A model generated the notes under the pieces. That model worked only from the letters and a program-made list of their open reading frames with translations. It ran no database searches and was not told the origin of the DNA. 64,000 bases of DNA, taken from positions 706,218 to 770,217 of the forward strand of contig CAVUAV010000005.1 of NCBI GenBank assembly GCA_963739555.1, written 5' to 3'. Made by a program: the position numbers and the translations under genes. Below are positions 39,903 through 49,907 of this stretch, in pieces. This DNA comes from an uncultured Acidimicrobiales bacterium (GTDB taxonomy: Bacteria; Actinomycetota; Acidimicrobiia; Acidimicrobiales; DATKAS01). Position 1 is the first letter of the stretch; each line of letters opens with the position of its first letter.

Positions 39903-41459
39903 TCAGACCTTGACCACGACGAACGCACCACGCATGAACGGGTGGATCCGACAGAAGTACGTATAGGTGCCCGGAGGCAGGCTCGTCGGCGTCGACCAGT
40001 CGATGTGACCGGTGGTGGGCGCACCTTGGGTGCCGAGCTGACCGGAGTCGAACGGGATGTCGGCGTCGGCGATCGGGTAGGCGATGCCGGTCTCGAGGTT
40101 GCACGGCGCCTTGCAGGCGGTGATCGAATGCCAGATGCCCGGGCCGACGGGAGAGTCGTCGTTGATGAAGGTGAGCGGTTGCCCTTCCTTCACGCTCGGG
40201 AGCGTGCCGCCGGTGCGCATGTCGCCCTGCCCGTAGAAGAACGACGCGATGTGGATGGGGTCGGTCACGGCGGCGGTGGGGAGCGCGGTCACGTCGGGCA
40301 ACGTGGCGTCCTTGCCGCCGTGATGGTCGTTCTCGGGGAGGTGACCGTGGGTGAGGTGACCGGGTTCGTCGACCTTCGTCGTGAAGGGATCGGCGCCGCC
40401 CGAAGCGCCGCTGGCCATCCACACGACCATGATCCCCATCGACTCGTACCACGACGCCCGCGAGGAGTCATAGGTGGTCGAGATGCGGAGCGTGTCGCCG
40501 GGATGCACCGCGACAGCCCACGTCGGGTTGGTCACGGTCATCGCGACGTCCCATGACACCGCGCCCGCGGGCTCGAAGTACTTCGCTTCGGACTCGAAGA
40601 GATGCGCGCTCTGGCCGTTGCGATCGAGATAGAGGTCGTCGTGCAGCCCACCGGGATGGAGGTGCCCGCCCGTGCCGATCAGCACGCCGTCGGTGTCGAC
40701 CGGCCAGACGTTCTTCGGCGGGCCACCGTGATACGGGTCGGTCGCCTGATCGGGATAGGTGAAGGTGCCGTTCGTGCCCGTGCCCTTGAGGACGTCGAAC
40801 ACCGGGTACCCGCTGCCGTTCTGGACGTCGAGCCAGACCGGGTGCGCGCCGACGATGTTCGCCGCGGTGGGTGCGGATGCGGGAAGGAAGTCGAGGTCGT
40901 AGGTGACCCAGATCTTCTCGCCCTGCGACGTCAGGTTGTGGAGCATGTAGTTGAGGACCCAGCGGTCGGTCGCGCGGTACTGGTACCCGTAGCCGGGCGG
41001 GAACTCGGTCGTCGTCTTCTCCTCGCCGGCGGCGAAGAAGCGTTCAGGGAACGTCGGGATCGTCGTGTCCGGTCGCGATGCGTTGAGCCACACGCCGTGA
41101 TGGAGGTGGATGACGTCGACCGGCGGAACGGTGCCGTCGGCCCGCTTGAGGTTCGCCGACATCCGCAGGATCCAGCCGTCGACGTCGGGCTTGGGGATCT
41201 TCCCCTTCGAGTACTCGATCGCGTTCTGGCCCGGCTGCACGTCGACCGGCCCGAACTCGAAGTGCAGATGCTGCGTGCCCGCGGGGAACGACGGGTCGGC
41301 CGCCACGCTCGTCTCGGTCGCGCCCGACACCGGCGGTGTCGTCGCGGAGGTGGCTGCGGCCGTCGTGGCGGGACTCGCGGCAGGTGACTCGTTCGCGCCG
41401 CACGCGACGAGCAGTGCAGCGACGGCGAGCAACCCAACCACGACGATCGTCCGGCGCAC
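39903..41459 (-). CDS. Secreted lipoprotein: PHM/DBH-like copper monooxygenase-type region fused to a C-terminal amicyanin-like cupredoxin domain
   Basis: Signal peptide with lipobox LLVAC. Candidate CuH ligands are VIHLHHGVW and YMLHNL. Candidate CuM ligands are GGHLHPGG and GDTLRISTTYDSS..WYESMG. The C-terminal type-1 Cu site is WHSI...YTYFCRIHPFMRGAFVVV (His...Cys-x2-His-x2-Met). Confidence 0.55.
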   Translation of the reverse strand: MRRTIVVVGLLAVAALLVACGANESPAASPATTAAATSATTPPVSGATETSVAADPSFPAGTQHLHFEFGPVDVQPGQNAIEYSKGKIPKPDVDGWILRMSANLKRADGTVPPVDVIHLHHGVWLNASRPDTTIPTFPERFFAAGEEKTTTEFPPGYGYQYRATDRWVLNYMLHNLTSQGEKIWVTYDLDFLPASAPTAANIVGAHPVWLDVQNGSGYPVFDVLKGTGTNGTFTYPDQATDPYHGGPPKNVWPVDTDGVLIGTGGHLHPGGLHDDLYLDRNGQSAHLFESEAKYFEPAGAVSWDVAMTVTNPTWAVAVHPGDTLRISTTYDSSRASWYESMGIMVVWMASGASGGADPFTTKVDEPGHLTHGHLPENDHHGGKDATLPDVTALPTAAVTDPIHIASFFYGQGDMRTGGTLPSVKEGQPLTFINDDSPVGPGIWHSITACKAPCNLETGIAYPIADADIPFDSGQLGTQGAPTTGHIDWSTPTSLPPGTYTYFCRIHPFMRGAFVVVKV

Positions 41460-41487
41460 CGGGCCAGGGTACAGGTGGGGTCTGAGC

Positions 41488-42060
41488 TCAGCCGATCGCG
41501 GCCTCGATCAACGAGGCGATCCCGATGAGCGCGAACAGCACGGCGGCGCCGATGCGGATGGCCCGCTCCGGGAGGCGGTCGCCCGCGATACGTCCGATGA
41601 CGATCGCGATCGCATCGGCGGCGACCATCCCAACTGTCGAGCCCAGCCAGGTGCCGAACAGGCCATGCTGGGTCGCGAGCGTGATCGTGGCGAGCATCGT
41701 CTTGTCGCCGAGCTCGGACAACATGAACAGCCCGCCGACGGTGAGGATGACCGAGCCGTGCGACTGCTCGATCTTCTCTTTGTCCGCGTCCTCGAGAGTG
41801 TCGCCTCGCAGTGTCCAGACAGCGAACCCGATGAACGCGACGCCCGACACGGCCTCAATCGCACGGCCCGGCAGCGCGTTGCCGATCAACGCGCCGATCC
41901 CAACCGAGATGAGGTGCACGAGACCGGTCGCGATCGTGATGCCGATCAGCACTGGCACTGCGGGGTAGCGCGTCGCGAACCCGAGCGCCATGAGCTGGCT
42001 CTTGTCGCCGAGCTCGGCGACGAAGATCACGCCGAAGCTGATGAGAAAGGCTTCGAGCAC
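41488..42060 (-). CDS. GDT1/TMEM165 (UPF0016) family cation (Mn2+/Ca2+) transporter
   Basis: Two E-x-G-D-K-(S/T) motifs (ELGDKS, ELGDKT) in a 190-aa membrane protein. Confidence 0.85.
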   Translation of the reverse strand: MLEAFLISFGVIFVAELGDKSQLMALGFATRYPAVPVLIGITIATGLVHLISVGIGALIGNALPGRAIEAVSGVAFIGFAVWTLRGDTLEDADKEKIEQSHGSVILTVGGLFMLSELGDKTMLATITLATQHGLFGTWLGSTVGMVAADAIAIVIGRIAGDRLPERAIRIGAAVLFALIGIASLIEAAIG

Positions 42061-42061
42061 C

Positions 42062-43231
42062 TCAGGTGGCCGGCACGGGCCGCCCGACCTTTCCCGTCTG
42101 GTACTTGCGACGGAAGAGCACGTAGGCGACGAGCCCAGCCGGCATCTGCAGCCAGTACGACGCCAACCGGTAGAGGAGCGTGGCGAGCACGGCTTCCCCG
42201 CCGCTGACGCCGGCGAGAGCGAGCGTCGCGGTGAGGCCCGCTTCGACGAAGCCGAGGCCGCCCGGCGTCACGGGGATCATCCCGAGGATCTGAGCCGCGG
42301 CGTACGCGAGGAGCACGAGGGATGGGTCAGGGCGCGCTCCGACGGCGGTGAGGGCGACGAGCAAGGTGAGGTAGTCGAAAAGCGAGCGGCCCGCGGCGCT
42401 CAGGACGGCGGCGCCGAGGTGCGAGCCCATCGTCTGTCGAATCGTGTCGCGCTCTCGCACCAGCCTGAGGGGCAGGTCGGTGATCGGCGCCTTCTTCCGT
42501 TCGACGCGGTTGCGGATCTTCTGGATGACCGTGCCGACGATCTCGAGCGGACGATCGAAGATCAGCAGGCACGAGGTGCCGAGCGCGAGGAGGACGAACG
42601 CCGCGGCACCGAGCCACGCCGCTTGCGCGAGGCCCGACGGCACGGACGTGCCCGTGAGGATCGCTGGGAGCGCGAGCACGGGCAACGCGAGCACCGTGCC
42701 GGTCGTGAGGAGCGACAGCGCGGTGATCGACGAGCCCGCGGTCGTCGCATCGATGCCCGAGGTCGTGAGCATCTTGAACTGGAGAGCCGCACCAGCGGCC
42801 TGGCCGCCGGGGATGATGCTCGTCATCGCGCCGCTCGCGAGCTGCGAAGTGGCGACCGGGAACCATGCCTTCGTGCGCAGCGCGATGCGTTGCAGGTTCC
42901 AGAAGCACACGAGGCTGAGCGTCTCGGTGATGACCACCGCGACGAACCAGAGCGGGTTGACGCGCTCGAGGTCCTTCCACGAGCCGAGCACCGACACGAG
43001 CGCGGGGAAGAGGAGGTAGAGCGACACCGCCGTGAGCAAGAGCATGAGGATGCGAATGACGACCTTGCGTCGGCTCGGCGTGGCGACCGTGCCCGTCGCC
43101 CGTGTGTCGTCGATCGCCGCGTTGATCGCGACGACGCGGTTCGGCATGGGAGGCTCGGCGTCGCCGGGGGCGTCGCTGCTCTGCGTTCCGTGCTTCGCTC
43201 GGTGCGTCGTGGTCTGCGGCCACCGGGCCAC
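42062..43231 (-). CDS. Lysylphosphatidylglycerol-synthase-TM-domain (flippase-like, UPF0104) membrane protein
   Basis: Polytopic, with a C-terminal ..IPVTPGGLGFVEAGL.. motif typical of this family. The start is uncertain (43231 or ATG 43147). Confidence 0.7.
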   Translation of the reverse strand: MARWPQTTTHRAKHGTQSSDAPGDAEPPMPNRVVAINAAIDDTRATGTVATPSRRKVVIRILMLLLTAVSLYLLFPALVSVLGSWKDLERVNPLWFVAVVITETLSLVCFWNLQRIALRTKAWFPVATSQLASGAMTSIIPGGQAAGAALQFKMLTTSGIDATTAGSSITALSLLTTGTVLALPVLALPAILTGTSVPSGLAQAAWLGAAAFVLLALGTSCLLIFDRPLEIVGTVIQKIRNRVERKKAPITDLPLRLVRERDTIRQTMGSHLGAAVLSAAGRSLFDYLTLLVALTAVGARPDPSLVLLAYAAAQILGMIPVTPGGLGFVEAGLTATLALAGVSGGEAVLATLLYRLASYWLQMPAGLVAYVLFRRKYQTGKVGRPVPAT

Positions 43232-43275
43232 GGTAGCGACTTGCGCCGCGCAGGTCCTGAGTAACGTCGCTTGAC

Positions 43276-44202
43276 GTGGCCGACCTCACGAGTGCGTGCG
43301 GGGAAGATCCGGGCGCAGCGTGCCGATGGGTCTGGGACAACACGCACAACGAGGCTCTCGCCAAGACCGCCAACTGGCTCGTCGACAAACCACTGCAGAT
43401 CCTCGTCGCGGTCGTCATCACGTTCGTGCTCGGCTGGTTCCTGAGACGTGTCACCAAGCGGGCGATGACGAAGTTCGTGACGCTCAGCGGAAGAAATCCG
43501 CTCACAACCGAGGCGCCGGAAGCGCTCGAGCAGCGGGCGAACACGCTCGGGACCGTCGCCGCGAGCACCGTCCGCGGCGCGGTGCTGGTCCTCGGGGCTC
43601 TGTGGGTGATGGCGATCCTCGGCGTCGACGTGCGGGCGCTGGCGATCGGGAGTGCGTTCATCGGCGCCGCGTTGGGCTTCGGCGCGCAGCAGATCATCAA
43701 GGACTACCTCGCCGGCTTCCTCATGCTCGTCGAGAACCAGTTCGGTGTCGGTGACACGGTGACGATCGGAGATCAGGAAGGCATCGTCGAGCGGGTCTCG
43801 ATCCGCGTCACTGACCTCCGCGACGGGCAGGGGACGCTCTGGCACATCGCCAACGGCGACATCCGGGTGCTCGGCAACAAGTCGTCCGACTACTCGACCG
43901 CCGTGCTGGACGTGGAGGTGACGTCCAAGGTCGCGGCGACGAAGGCCATCGCCGTGGTCTCGCGGCTCGCCGACGAGGCTGCGGAGGACGAGGCGATCGC
44001 GCCGTTGCTGCTCGCCCCGCCGAAGGTCGTGGGCGTGCAGGCGCTGGCCCCTGATCACATGACGATCAGAGTCACCGCCCGCACCAAGCCCGGCAGCCAG
44101 TGGGAGGTGCAACGCCGCATGCGCGTGCACCTGAAGGACGGGCTCGACTCCGAAGGCCTCTACGCGGGCGCCTCGCCGGCGGTGACGCCGCCTCCCGCCT
44201 GA
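43276..44202 (+). CDS. Mechanosensitive ion channel (MscS family)
   Basis: Contains GSAFIGAALGFGAQQIIKDYLAGFLMLVENQFGVGD followed by the beta-domain. Intact. Confidence 0.85.
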   Translation: MADLTSACGEDPGAACRWVWDNTHNEALAKTANWLVDKPLQILVAVVITFVLGWFLRRVTKRAMTKFVTLSGRNPLTTEAPEALEQRANTLGTVAASTVRGAVLVLGALWVMAILGVDVRALAIGSAFIGAALGFGAQQIIKDYLAGFLMLVENQFGVGDTVTIGDQEGIVERVSIRVTDLRDGQGTLWHIANGDIRVLGNKSSDYSTAVLDVEVTSKVAATKAIAVVSRLADEAAEDEAIAPLLLAPPKVVGVQALAPDHMTIRVTARTKPGSQWEVQRRMRVHLKDGLDSEGLYAGASPAVTPPPA

Positions 44203-44218
44203 TCAGCCGTGTCCTGAT

Positions 44219-46747
44219 TCAGGCGGCGTCGTCGGCGAGCGCGACGTCGACGCCTGCGGGACCGTCGGTCGCCTCGAGCACGAGCTCGCGGACCGAGCCC
44301 GCCTCCTTGAGGTCGTCGATCGCGAGCTGCAGGGCGGCGATCCGGTCGGCGGAGTCGCGCACGACGACGCGCTCGACTGGTGCGCGCATCGACCGCTGCG
44401 CCTCGGACTTCGCCTTGCGCACCGCGCCGAGGACCTCGCCGGTCACCTCCGCGACGGCGGGATCGCCGTCGCCGGCCGCGGCGCGCACGTCGGCCGCGTC
44501 GGGCCACGGCGCGCGATGGATCGACCCCTCCTGCCACCACGACCAGACCTCTTCAGTGACGAAGGGGAGGATCGGCGCGAAGAGACGGAGCAACGTCGAC
44601 AGCGCGGTCCGCAGCGCACTGCTCGCTGACGCAGCGCCTGCTGCGCCAGCAGCGCCATAGGCGCGTCCCTTCACGAGCTCGACATAGTCGTCGCAGAAGC
44701 TCCAGAAGAAGGTCTCTGTGCGCTCGAGCGCGCGGGCGTAGTCGTAGGCCTCGAACGCGTGGGTGGACTGATCGACGACCGCCGCGAGCCCGGCCAGCAT
44801 CGCTCGGTCGAGCGGGTGACTGACCGAGGTGTCTCCCGCTTCGTCTGCGGTCAGCCCGAGGACGAACTTGCTGGCGTTGAGGATCTTGATGGCGAGACGG
44901 CGACCGACCTTCATCTGGTTCTTGTCGAGCGAGATGTCTTGCCCTGGGCGCCCGTTGCCGGCCCAGTACCGGATCGCGTCAGAGCCGAACGTCGTCAGCA
45001 GGTTGTGAGGATCGTCCTCGCTGTTGCCCTTCGACTTCGAGAGCTTCTTGCGGTCGGGGTCGTGGACGAACCCCGAGATCGCGGCGTCGCGCCACGGCAG
45101 GACGTCTTGCATGATGTGCGCGCGGACGACGCTGTAGAAGAGCCACGTGCGGATGATCTCGTGGGCCTGCGGCCGCATGTCCATCGGGAACACGCGGTCG
45201 AAGAGGTCGGGATCGTCGACCCAGCCCGAGACGATGTGCGGCGAGACCGACGACGTCGCCCAGGTGTCCATCACGTCGGGGTCGCCGACGAACCCGCCGG
45301 GCTGACCACGCTGCGACTCGTCGCACCCGTCGGGCGTATCGGTCGACGGGTCGACCGGAAGGCGAGCCTCGTCGGGGGTGATCGGGCGAGACCGATCGGC
45401 TGTGCCGTCGTCGAGCACCGGGTACCAAACGGGGAAGGGCACGCCGAAGAAGCGCTGACGGGTGATGTTCCAGTCGCCCGCGAGGCCGTTGACCCAGTTC
45501 TCGTAACGGACCCTCATGAAGTCGGGGTACCAGTTGAGCTCGCGCCCACGCGCCAACAGCTCGTCGGCCGGCGGGTACTTGATGAACCACTGCCAGCTCG
45601 TGACGATCTCGAGGGGCCGGTTGCCGTTCTCCCAGAACTTCACCGGATGGGTGATCGGCTTGGGCTCGCCGACCATGTCGCCCGACTCGGTGAGCAGCTC
45701 GACCATGCGCGCCTGTGCCTGCGAGACCGTGCGGCCGGCGATCTCGGTCCATGGGCCGGTTGCGGTGACGCCCTGCGGCGGGTTCTGGATGATGCGGCCG
45801 TCGCGGCCGACGATCGAGCGCACCGGCAGCCCGAGCTCGCGCCACCAGATGACGTCGGTGGTGTCGCCGAACGTGCAGATCATCGCGATGCCCGAGCCCT
45901 TCTCGGGATCAGCGAGCTCGTGAGCGACGACCGGGACCTCGACGTCGAAGAGCGGCGAGCGAACCGTCGTGCCGAAGAGGGGCTTGTAGCGCGCGTCGTC
46001 CGGATGAGCGACGAGGGCGACGCACGCGGCGATCAGCTCGGGTCGCGTCGTCTCGATGTAGACCGGCTCGCCGTCGGCGCGGCGGAAGCCGATGCGGTGG
46101 TACGCGCCCGGTCGCTCGCGATCCTCGAGCTCGGCCTGCGCGACCGAGGTCTTGAAGTCGACGTCCCAGAGCGTCGGCGCCTCGGCGAGATGGGCGTGTC
46201 CGTCACGCAACAGCCCGAGGAACGCGCGCTGTGAGGTGCGACGGGCCTTCGCTCCGATCGTGGTGTAGGTCTGGCGCCAATCGACCGAGAGGCCGACGCG
46301 GGTCCAGAGCTCGAAGTACGCCTGCTCGAGCTGCTCGGTGAGCTCGCCGCAGAGCGCGACGAAGTTGGGCCGCGAGATCGGGATCGGCTGCTTCGGCGGC
46401 TTCTCAGGGGCGACGAACGCCGCGTCGTAGGGGAGCGAAGGGTCGCAGGTGACGCCGTACGTCAGCTGGACTCGACGCTCGACGTTCAGGCCGTTGTCGT
46501 CCCAACCCATCGGGTAGAAGACCTCGTGGCCCCGCATGCGGCGGTAGCGGGCGACCATGTCGGTCTGGCTGTAGCTGCAGACGTGACCGGGGTGGAGCGC
46601 GCCGCTGACGGTGGGGGGCGGCGTGTCGATCGAGAAGATCTGGTCGCGGGTCTTCGTGCGATCGAAGTGGAAAGTGCCTTCGCGCTCCCATGTCGCGGTC
46701 CATCGCTCTTCGAGTCCTTCGAGCGTGGGCTTCTCGGGAGCAGTCAT
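44219..46747 (-). CDS. valS: Valine--tRNA ligase (actinobacterial/archaeal-like type)
   Basis: Intact 842 aa with FSIDTPPPTVSGALHPGH (HIGH region), YPMGWDDNGL and KLSKSKGN (KMSKS). Confidence 0.9.
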   Translation of the reverse strand: MTAPEKPTLEGLEERWTATWEREGTFHFDRTKTRDQIFSIDTPPPTVSGALHPGHVCSYSQTDMVARYRRMRGHEVFYPMGWDDNGLNVERRVQLTYGVTCDPSLPYDAAFVAPEKPPKQPIPISRPNFVALCGELTEQLEQAYFELWTRVGLSVDWRQTYTTIGAKARRTSQRAFLGLLRDGHAHLAEAPTLWDVDFKTSVAQAELEDRERPGAYHRIGFRRADGEPVYIETTRPELIAACVALVAHPDDARYKPLFGTTVRSPLFDVEVPVVAHELADPEKGSGIAMICTFGDTTDVIWWRELGLPVRSIVGRDGRIIQNPPQGVTATGPWTEIAGRTVSQAQARMVELLTESGDMVGEPKPITHPVKFWENGNRPLEIVTSWQWFIKYPPADELLARGRELNWYPDFMRVRYENWVNGLAGDWNITRQRFFGVPFPVWYPVLDDGTADRSRPITPDEARLPVDPSTDTPDGCDESQRGQPGGFVGDPDVMDTWATSSVSPHIVSGWVDDPDLFDRVFPMDMRPQAHEIIRTWLFYSVVRAHIMQDVLPWRDAAISGFVHDPDRKKLSKSKGNSEDDPHNLLTTFGSDAIRYWAGNGRPGQDISLDKNQMKVGRRLAIKILNASKFVLGLTADEAGDTSVSHPLDRAMLAGLAAVVDQSTHAFEAYDYARALERTETFFWSFCDDYVELVKGRAYGAAGAAGAASASSALRTALSTLLRLFAPILPFVTEEVWSWWQEGSIHRAPWPDAADVRAAAGDGDPAVAEVTGEVLGAVRKAKSEAQRSMRAPVERVVVRDSADRIAALQLAIDDLKEAGSVRELVLEATDGPAGVDVALADDAA

Positions 46748-46798
46748 GGTGGAGAAACGCTACCGGGTGGGCCACGAGGCTCCCGCTACCGTTTCGGC

Positions 46799-48163
46799 GT
46801 GATCCACCTCCACGACACCGCCTCCGGCACTGTCCGCGAGCTCGCGCTGCGCGAGCCGGGCAAGGTGGGCATGTACGTGTGTGGACCGACCGTGTATGGC
46901 CCTCCGCACCTCGGGCACGGCCGCTTCTCGCTCGTGTTCGACGTGCTTCGTCGCTATCTCGAGTGGACGGGCCTCGAGGTTCGCTACATCTCGAACATCA
47001 CCGACATCGACGACAACATCATCGAGCGCGGCAAGCGCGAGGGCCGGCCGCCCGAGGAGATCGCGGTCAGGTGCGAGGCCGTCTGGTACGAGGCGATGGA
47101 CGCGATCGGCGTCAAGCGGCCGACCGTCGATCCGCACGCGACGGCATACGTGGCCGAGATGATCGAGCTCGTCGCACAGCTCGTCGAGCGGGGGAACGCG
47201 TACGTGACGAGTGACGGCGTGTACCTCTCGGTCGAGACGATCGAGGACTATGGGTTGCTCGCGCATCAGTCGCTCGAAGACATGCGCGCCGGTGGTGGCG
47301 ATCGCAGCCTCGTCGGTGAGGAGAAGCGTGATCCGGCCGACTTCGTGCTGTGGAAGCTGGCGAAGCCGGGCGAGCCGTCGTGGGACTCACCTTGGGGAGC
47401 GGGCCGTCCCGGCTGGCACACCGAGTGCGTCGTGATGTCACTCGACCTCCTCGGCGAACGGTTCGATCTCCATGGTGGTGGGCGCGACCTCGCGTTCCCG
47501 CACCACGAGAACGAGCGCGCTCAGGCCGTCGCGCTCGGTCGTGAGTTCGCGGCGCACTGGGTGCACAACGGTTGGGTCGAGGTGGGCGGTGAGAAGATGT
47601 CGAAGTCACTCGGCAACTTCACGAACCTCCTCGACCTCATCGAGAACGTCGACCCCCGGGCGTATCGATTGCTCGTGCTGCAGTCGCACTACCGCTCGCC
47701 GCTCGAGATCAGCAAGGACACGACTGACCGCGCCGAGCGATCGCTTGCCGGTCTCGATGCGTTCGCTCGGCGCGTCGCAGTCGAGCTCTCGGGCTTCCAT
47801 CCCGCGGATCCCGCGACGATCGACCGCTTCGGCGTTGCCATGGATGACGACCTCGACACCCCGGCCGCGATGGCGTTGCTGTTCGACAGCGTCCGCAGGG
47901 TGAACGCGGCGCTCGACTCGGGTGATGTCGCGACGGCGGGCCCGCTCGCGGGAGCCGTCGACGCGATCTGCGAGGCGGTGGGGCTCGAGCTGCACGGAGA
48001 CGTCGACGAGGTGCCCGCCGCCGTGGCTGCACTCGCCGCCGAACGCGACGCCGCGCGCGGCGCGAAGGACTTCTCACGCGCCGACGCGATACGCGACCAG
48101 CTCCAAGCCGACGGCTGGGTCGTGGAGGACACCGCGAACGGCACGCTCGTCCGTCGCCCGTGA
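46799..48163 (+). CDS. cysS: Cysteine--tRNA ligase
   Basis: GTG 46799. Contains CGPTVYGPPHLGHGR (HIGH), WHTEC, HENE and KMSKSLGN. It is divergent from valS across a 51-nt gap. Confidence 0.9.
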   Translation: MIHLHDTASGTVRELALREPGKVGMYVCGPTVYGPPHLGHGRFSLVFDVLRRYLEWTGLEVRYISNITDIDDNIIERGKREGRPPEEIAVRCEAVWYEAMDAIGVKRPTVDPHATAYVAEMIELVAQLVERGNAYVTSDGVYLSVETIEDYGLLAHQSLEDMRAGGGDRSLVGEEKRDPADFVLWKLAKPGEPSWDSPWGAGRPGWHTECVVMSLDLLGERFDLHGGGRDLAFPHHENERAQAVALGREFAAHWVHNGWVEVGGEKMSKSLGNFTNLLDLIENVDPRAYRLLVLQSHYRSPLEISKDTTDRAERSLAGLDAFARRVAVELSGFHPADPATIDRFGVAMDDDLDTPAAMALLFDSVRRVNAALDSGDVATAGPLAGAVDAICEAVGLELHGDVDEVPAAVAALAAERDAARGAKDFSRADAIRDQLQADGWVVEDTANGTLVRRP

Positions 48164-49386
48164 GCGCGCGGCAGCGGCGCGAGCGCAAGCCGCTCCCCGC
48201 TGGGTTCGGCACGATCTGGACGACTGTCGCGCTCGACCTCGTCGGGTTCGGCATCGTCTTGCCGATCCTCCCGCTCTATGCGGAGCGATTCGGCGCGAGC
48301 GCGACGACCATCGGTCTCCTGCTCGCGACGTTCTCGGTCGCGCAGCTGCTGCTCGCTCCGGTGTGGGGCCGAGTGTCCGACCGGATCGGGCGCAAGCCGG
48401 TGATCCTGATCTCGCTGTTCGGCACCGCGGCAGGCAGCTTCTTGACCGGCGCTGCCGGTTCGCTGCCACTGCTCTTCCTCGGCCGGCTGGTCGACGGCGC
48501 GTCGGGAGCGAGCGTGTCGGTGGCGCAGGCCGCGGTCGCCGACGTCGCGGAGCCGTCCGAGCGGCCCCGGCTGCTCGGGCTCTTGGGCGCTGCGTTCGGG
48601 CTGGGATTCGTCGCGGGTCCGGCGCTCGGCGCGCTCGCCGCGCTCGGCGGTCCCCACGTGCCCTTCTACCTCGCGGGCTGCCTGGCGCTGGCGAACGCGG
48701 TCGTCGCGATCCGCCGCCTCCCCGAGACCGCCCCCATCGGCAACGAATCGACATCGAATCGGCGCCAACGTGGCGAACGACTTTCCCCGGATGTGCGAGG
48801 AGACCTGTGGCGGCTCGCGCTCTGCGCGTTCGTCGCGACCTGCGCCTTCGCCGGCTTCGAGGCGACGTTCGCACTGTTCGGGCAGACCCGCTTCGGCCTC
48901 ACGCTGAGCTCGACCGGGGCGGTGTTCGCGGGCATCGGCCTCTTCCTCGTCCTCGTGCAGGCCGGCCTCGTGCACCCCGTCGTGTCGCGGCTCGGCGCCG
49001 TCGGCACCCTCCGAGGCGGCCTGAGCCTCAACATCGTCGGGCTCTTGCTGCTCGCCGTCGCGGTGCACTGGGCCGTGCTCGTCCTGGCCCTCGCCGCGCT
49101 CATCGTCGGCCAAGGCCTGACCACACCCACCCTCGCGTCGATCGTCGCGGGTCGATCACCCACCGAGCGCCGCGGCGGCGCGCTCGGCCTCCAGCAGATG
49201 GCCGGCGGCATGGGACGCGTGATCGGCCCTGTCCTCGCGGGCGTCCTCTTCCAGCATGTCGGTGTCGGCGCGCCCTACGTCGTGGGCGCCGGGATCACCG
49301 CCGGCGCCCTCGCGCTCGTCCTCACGCTGCACGAGCAACCCGCCCCCGAGTTCTCGGTCGCGCCGGCCGCCAAGTCTGTCGGCTGA
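48160..49386 (+). CDS. MFS transporter (drug:H+ antiporter-like)
   Basis: GTG 48160 overlaps the cysS stop (GTGA). 12-TM profile with GRVSDRIGRKP (MFS motif A). Confidence 0.85.
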   Translation: MSARQRRERKPLPAGFGTIWTTVALDLVGFGIVLPILPLYAERFGASATTIGLLLATFSVAQLLLAPVWGRVSDRIGRKPVILISLFGTAAGSFLTGAAGSLPLLFLGRLVDGASGASVSVAQAAVADVAEPSERPRLLGLLGAAFGLGFVAGPALGALAALGGPHVPFYLAGCLALANAVVAIRRLPETAPIGNESTSNRRQRGERLSPDVRGDLWRLALCAFVATCAFAGFEATFALFGQTRFGLTLSSTGAVFAGIGLFLVLVQAGLVHPVVSRLGAVGTLRGGLSLNIVGLLLLAVAVHWAVLVLALAALIVGQGLTTPTLASIVAGRSPTERRGGALGLQQMAGGMGRVIGPVLAGVLFQHVGVGAPYVVGAGITAGALALVLTLHEQPAPEFSVAPAAKSVG

Positions 49387-49409
49387 CGCGACGCAGAACG
49401 CCGGCGCGG

Positions 49410-49853
49410 TCAGGGGTCGGGCGACCGGGTCGGCGGCCAGGACCGCCGTTCCTCGTCCATCGGAGACATCAACCCGACGTCGTGTCCGTCTGGGTCCGCC
49501 ACGATCGCGTACCGCGCTCCCCAGAACGCGTCGAACGGTGGTTGGCGACCCTCGTAGCCCGCGCCGGTGAGGTCGGCGTAGCACTCGTCGACGGCCTCTC
49601 GGCTGTCGAAGAAGAAGCCGACCACCACCGATGTGCCCGATGGATCGGCGCGCCATCCCGCGTGCCAAAGCTGCACCGAGTCGGCGGTGTCGAGCTCGAG
49701 GCTGAAGCCACCCGGCATCCGGAGCTGCGCGTGCATCGGCGACTCATCGGGCGACGGAGCGTCGACTCCGAGGCGCCGGTAGAACTCGACCGTCGCGGCC
49801 GTGTCCTTCACGACGAGGTTCAGCATCCGCAGGTCAGGCGGTTTGCGGGCCAT
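49410..49853 (-). CDS. VOC (glyoxalase/bleomycin-resistance) family protein
   Basis: Intact 147 aa with LNLVVKDTAATVEFYRRLG and ..YAIVADPDGHDVGLMS. Confidence 0.75.
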   Translation of the reverse strand: MARKPPDLRMLNLVVKDTAATVEFYRRLGVDAPSPDESPMHAQLRMPGGFSLELDTADSVQLWHAGWRADPSGTSVVVGFFFDSREAVDECYADLTGAGYEGRQPPFDAFWGARYAIVADPDGHDVGLMSPMDEERRSWPPTRSPDP

Positions 49854-49891
49854 TGCCTGATTCTCTCCTGCGAGGTGGGTTGCAGTTCGTT

Positions 49892-49907
49892 GTTACCGTT
49901 GGGTAAC
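49892..49907. promoter_or_regulatory. Inverted repeat GTTACC-GTTG-GGTAAC just upstream of the acyl-CoA dehydrogenase start (candidate operator)
   Basis: Perfect 6-bp arms 9 nt before ATG 49916, in the 62-nt divergent gap. It overlaps a second repeat, CCGTT..AACGG. Confidence 0.3.
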
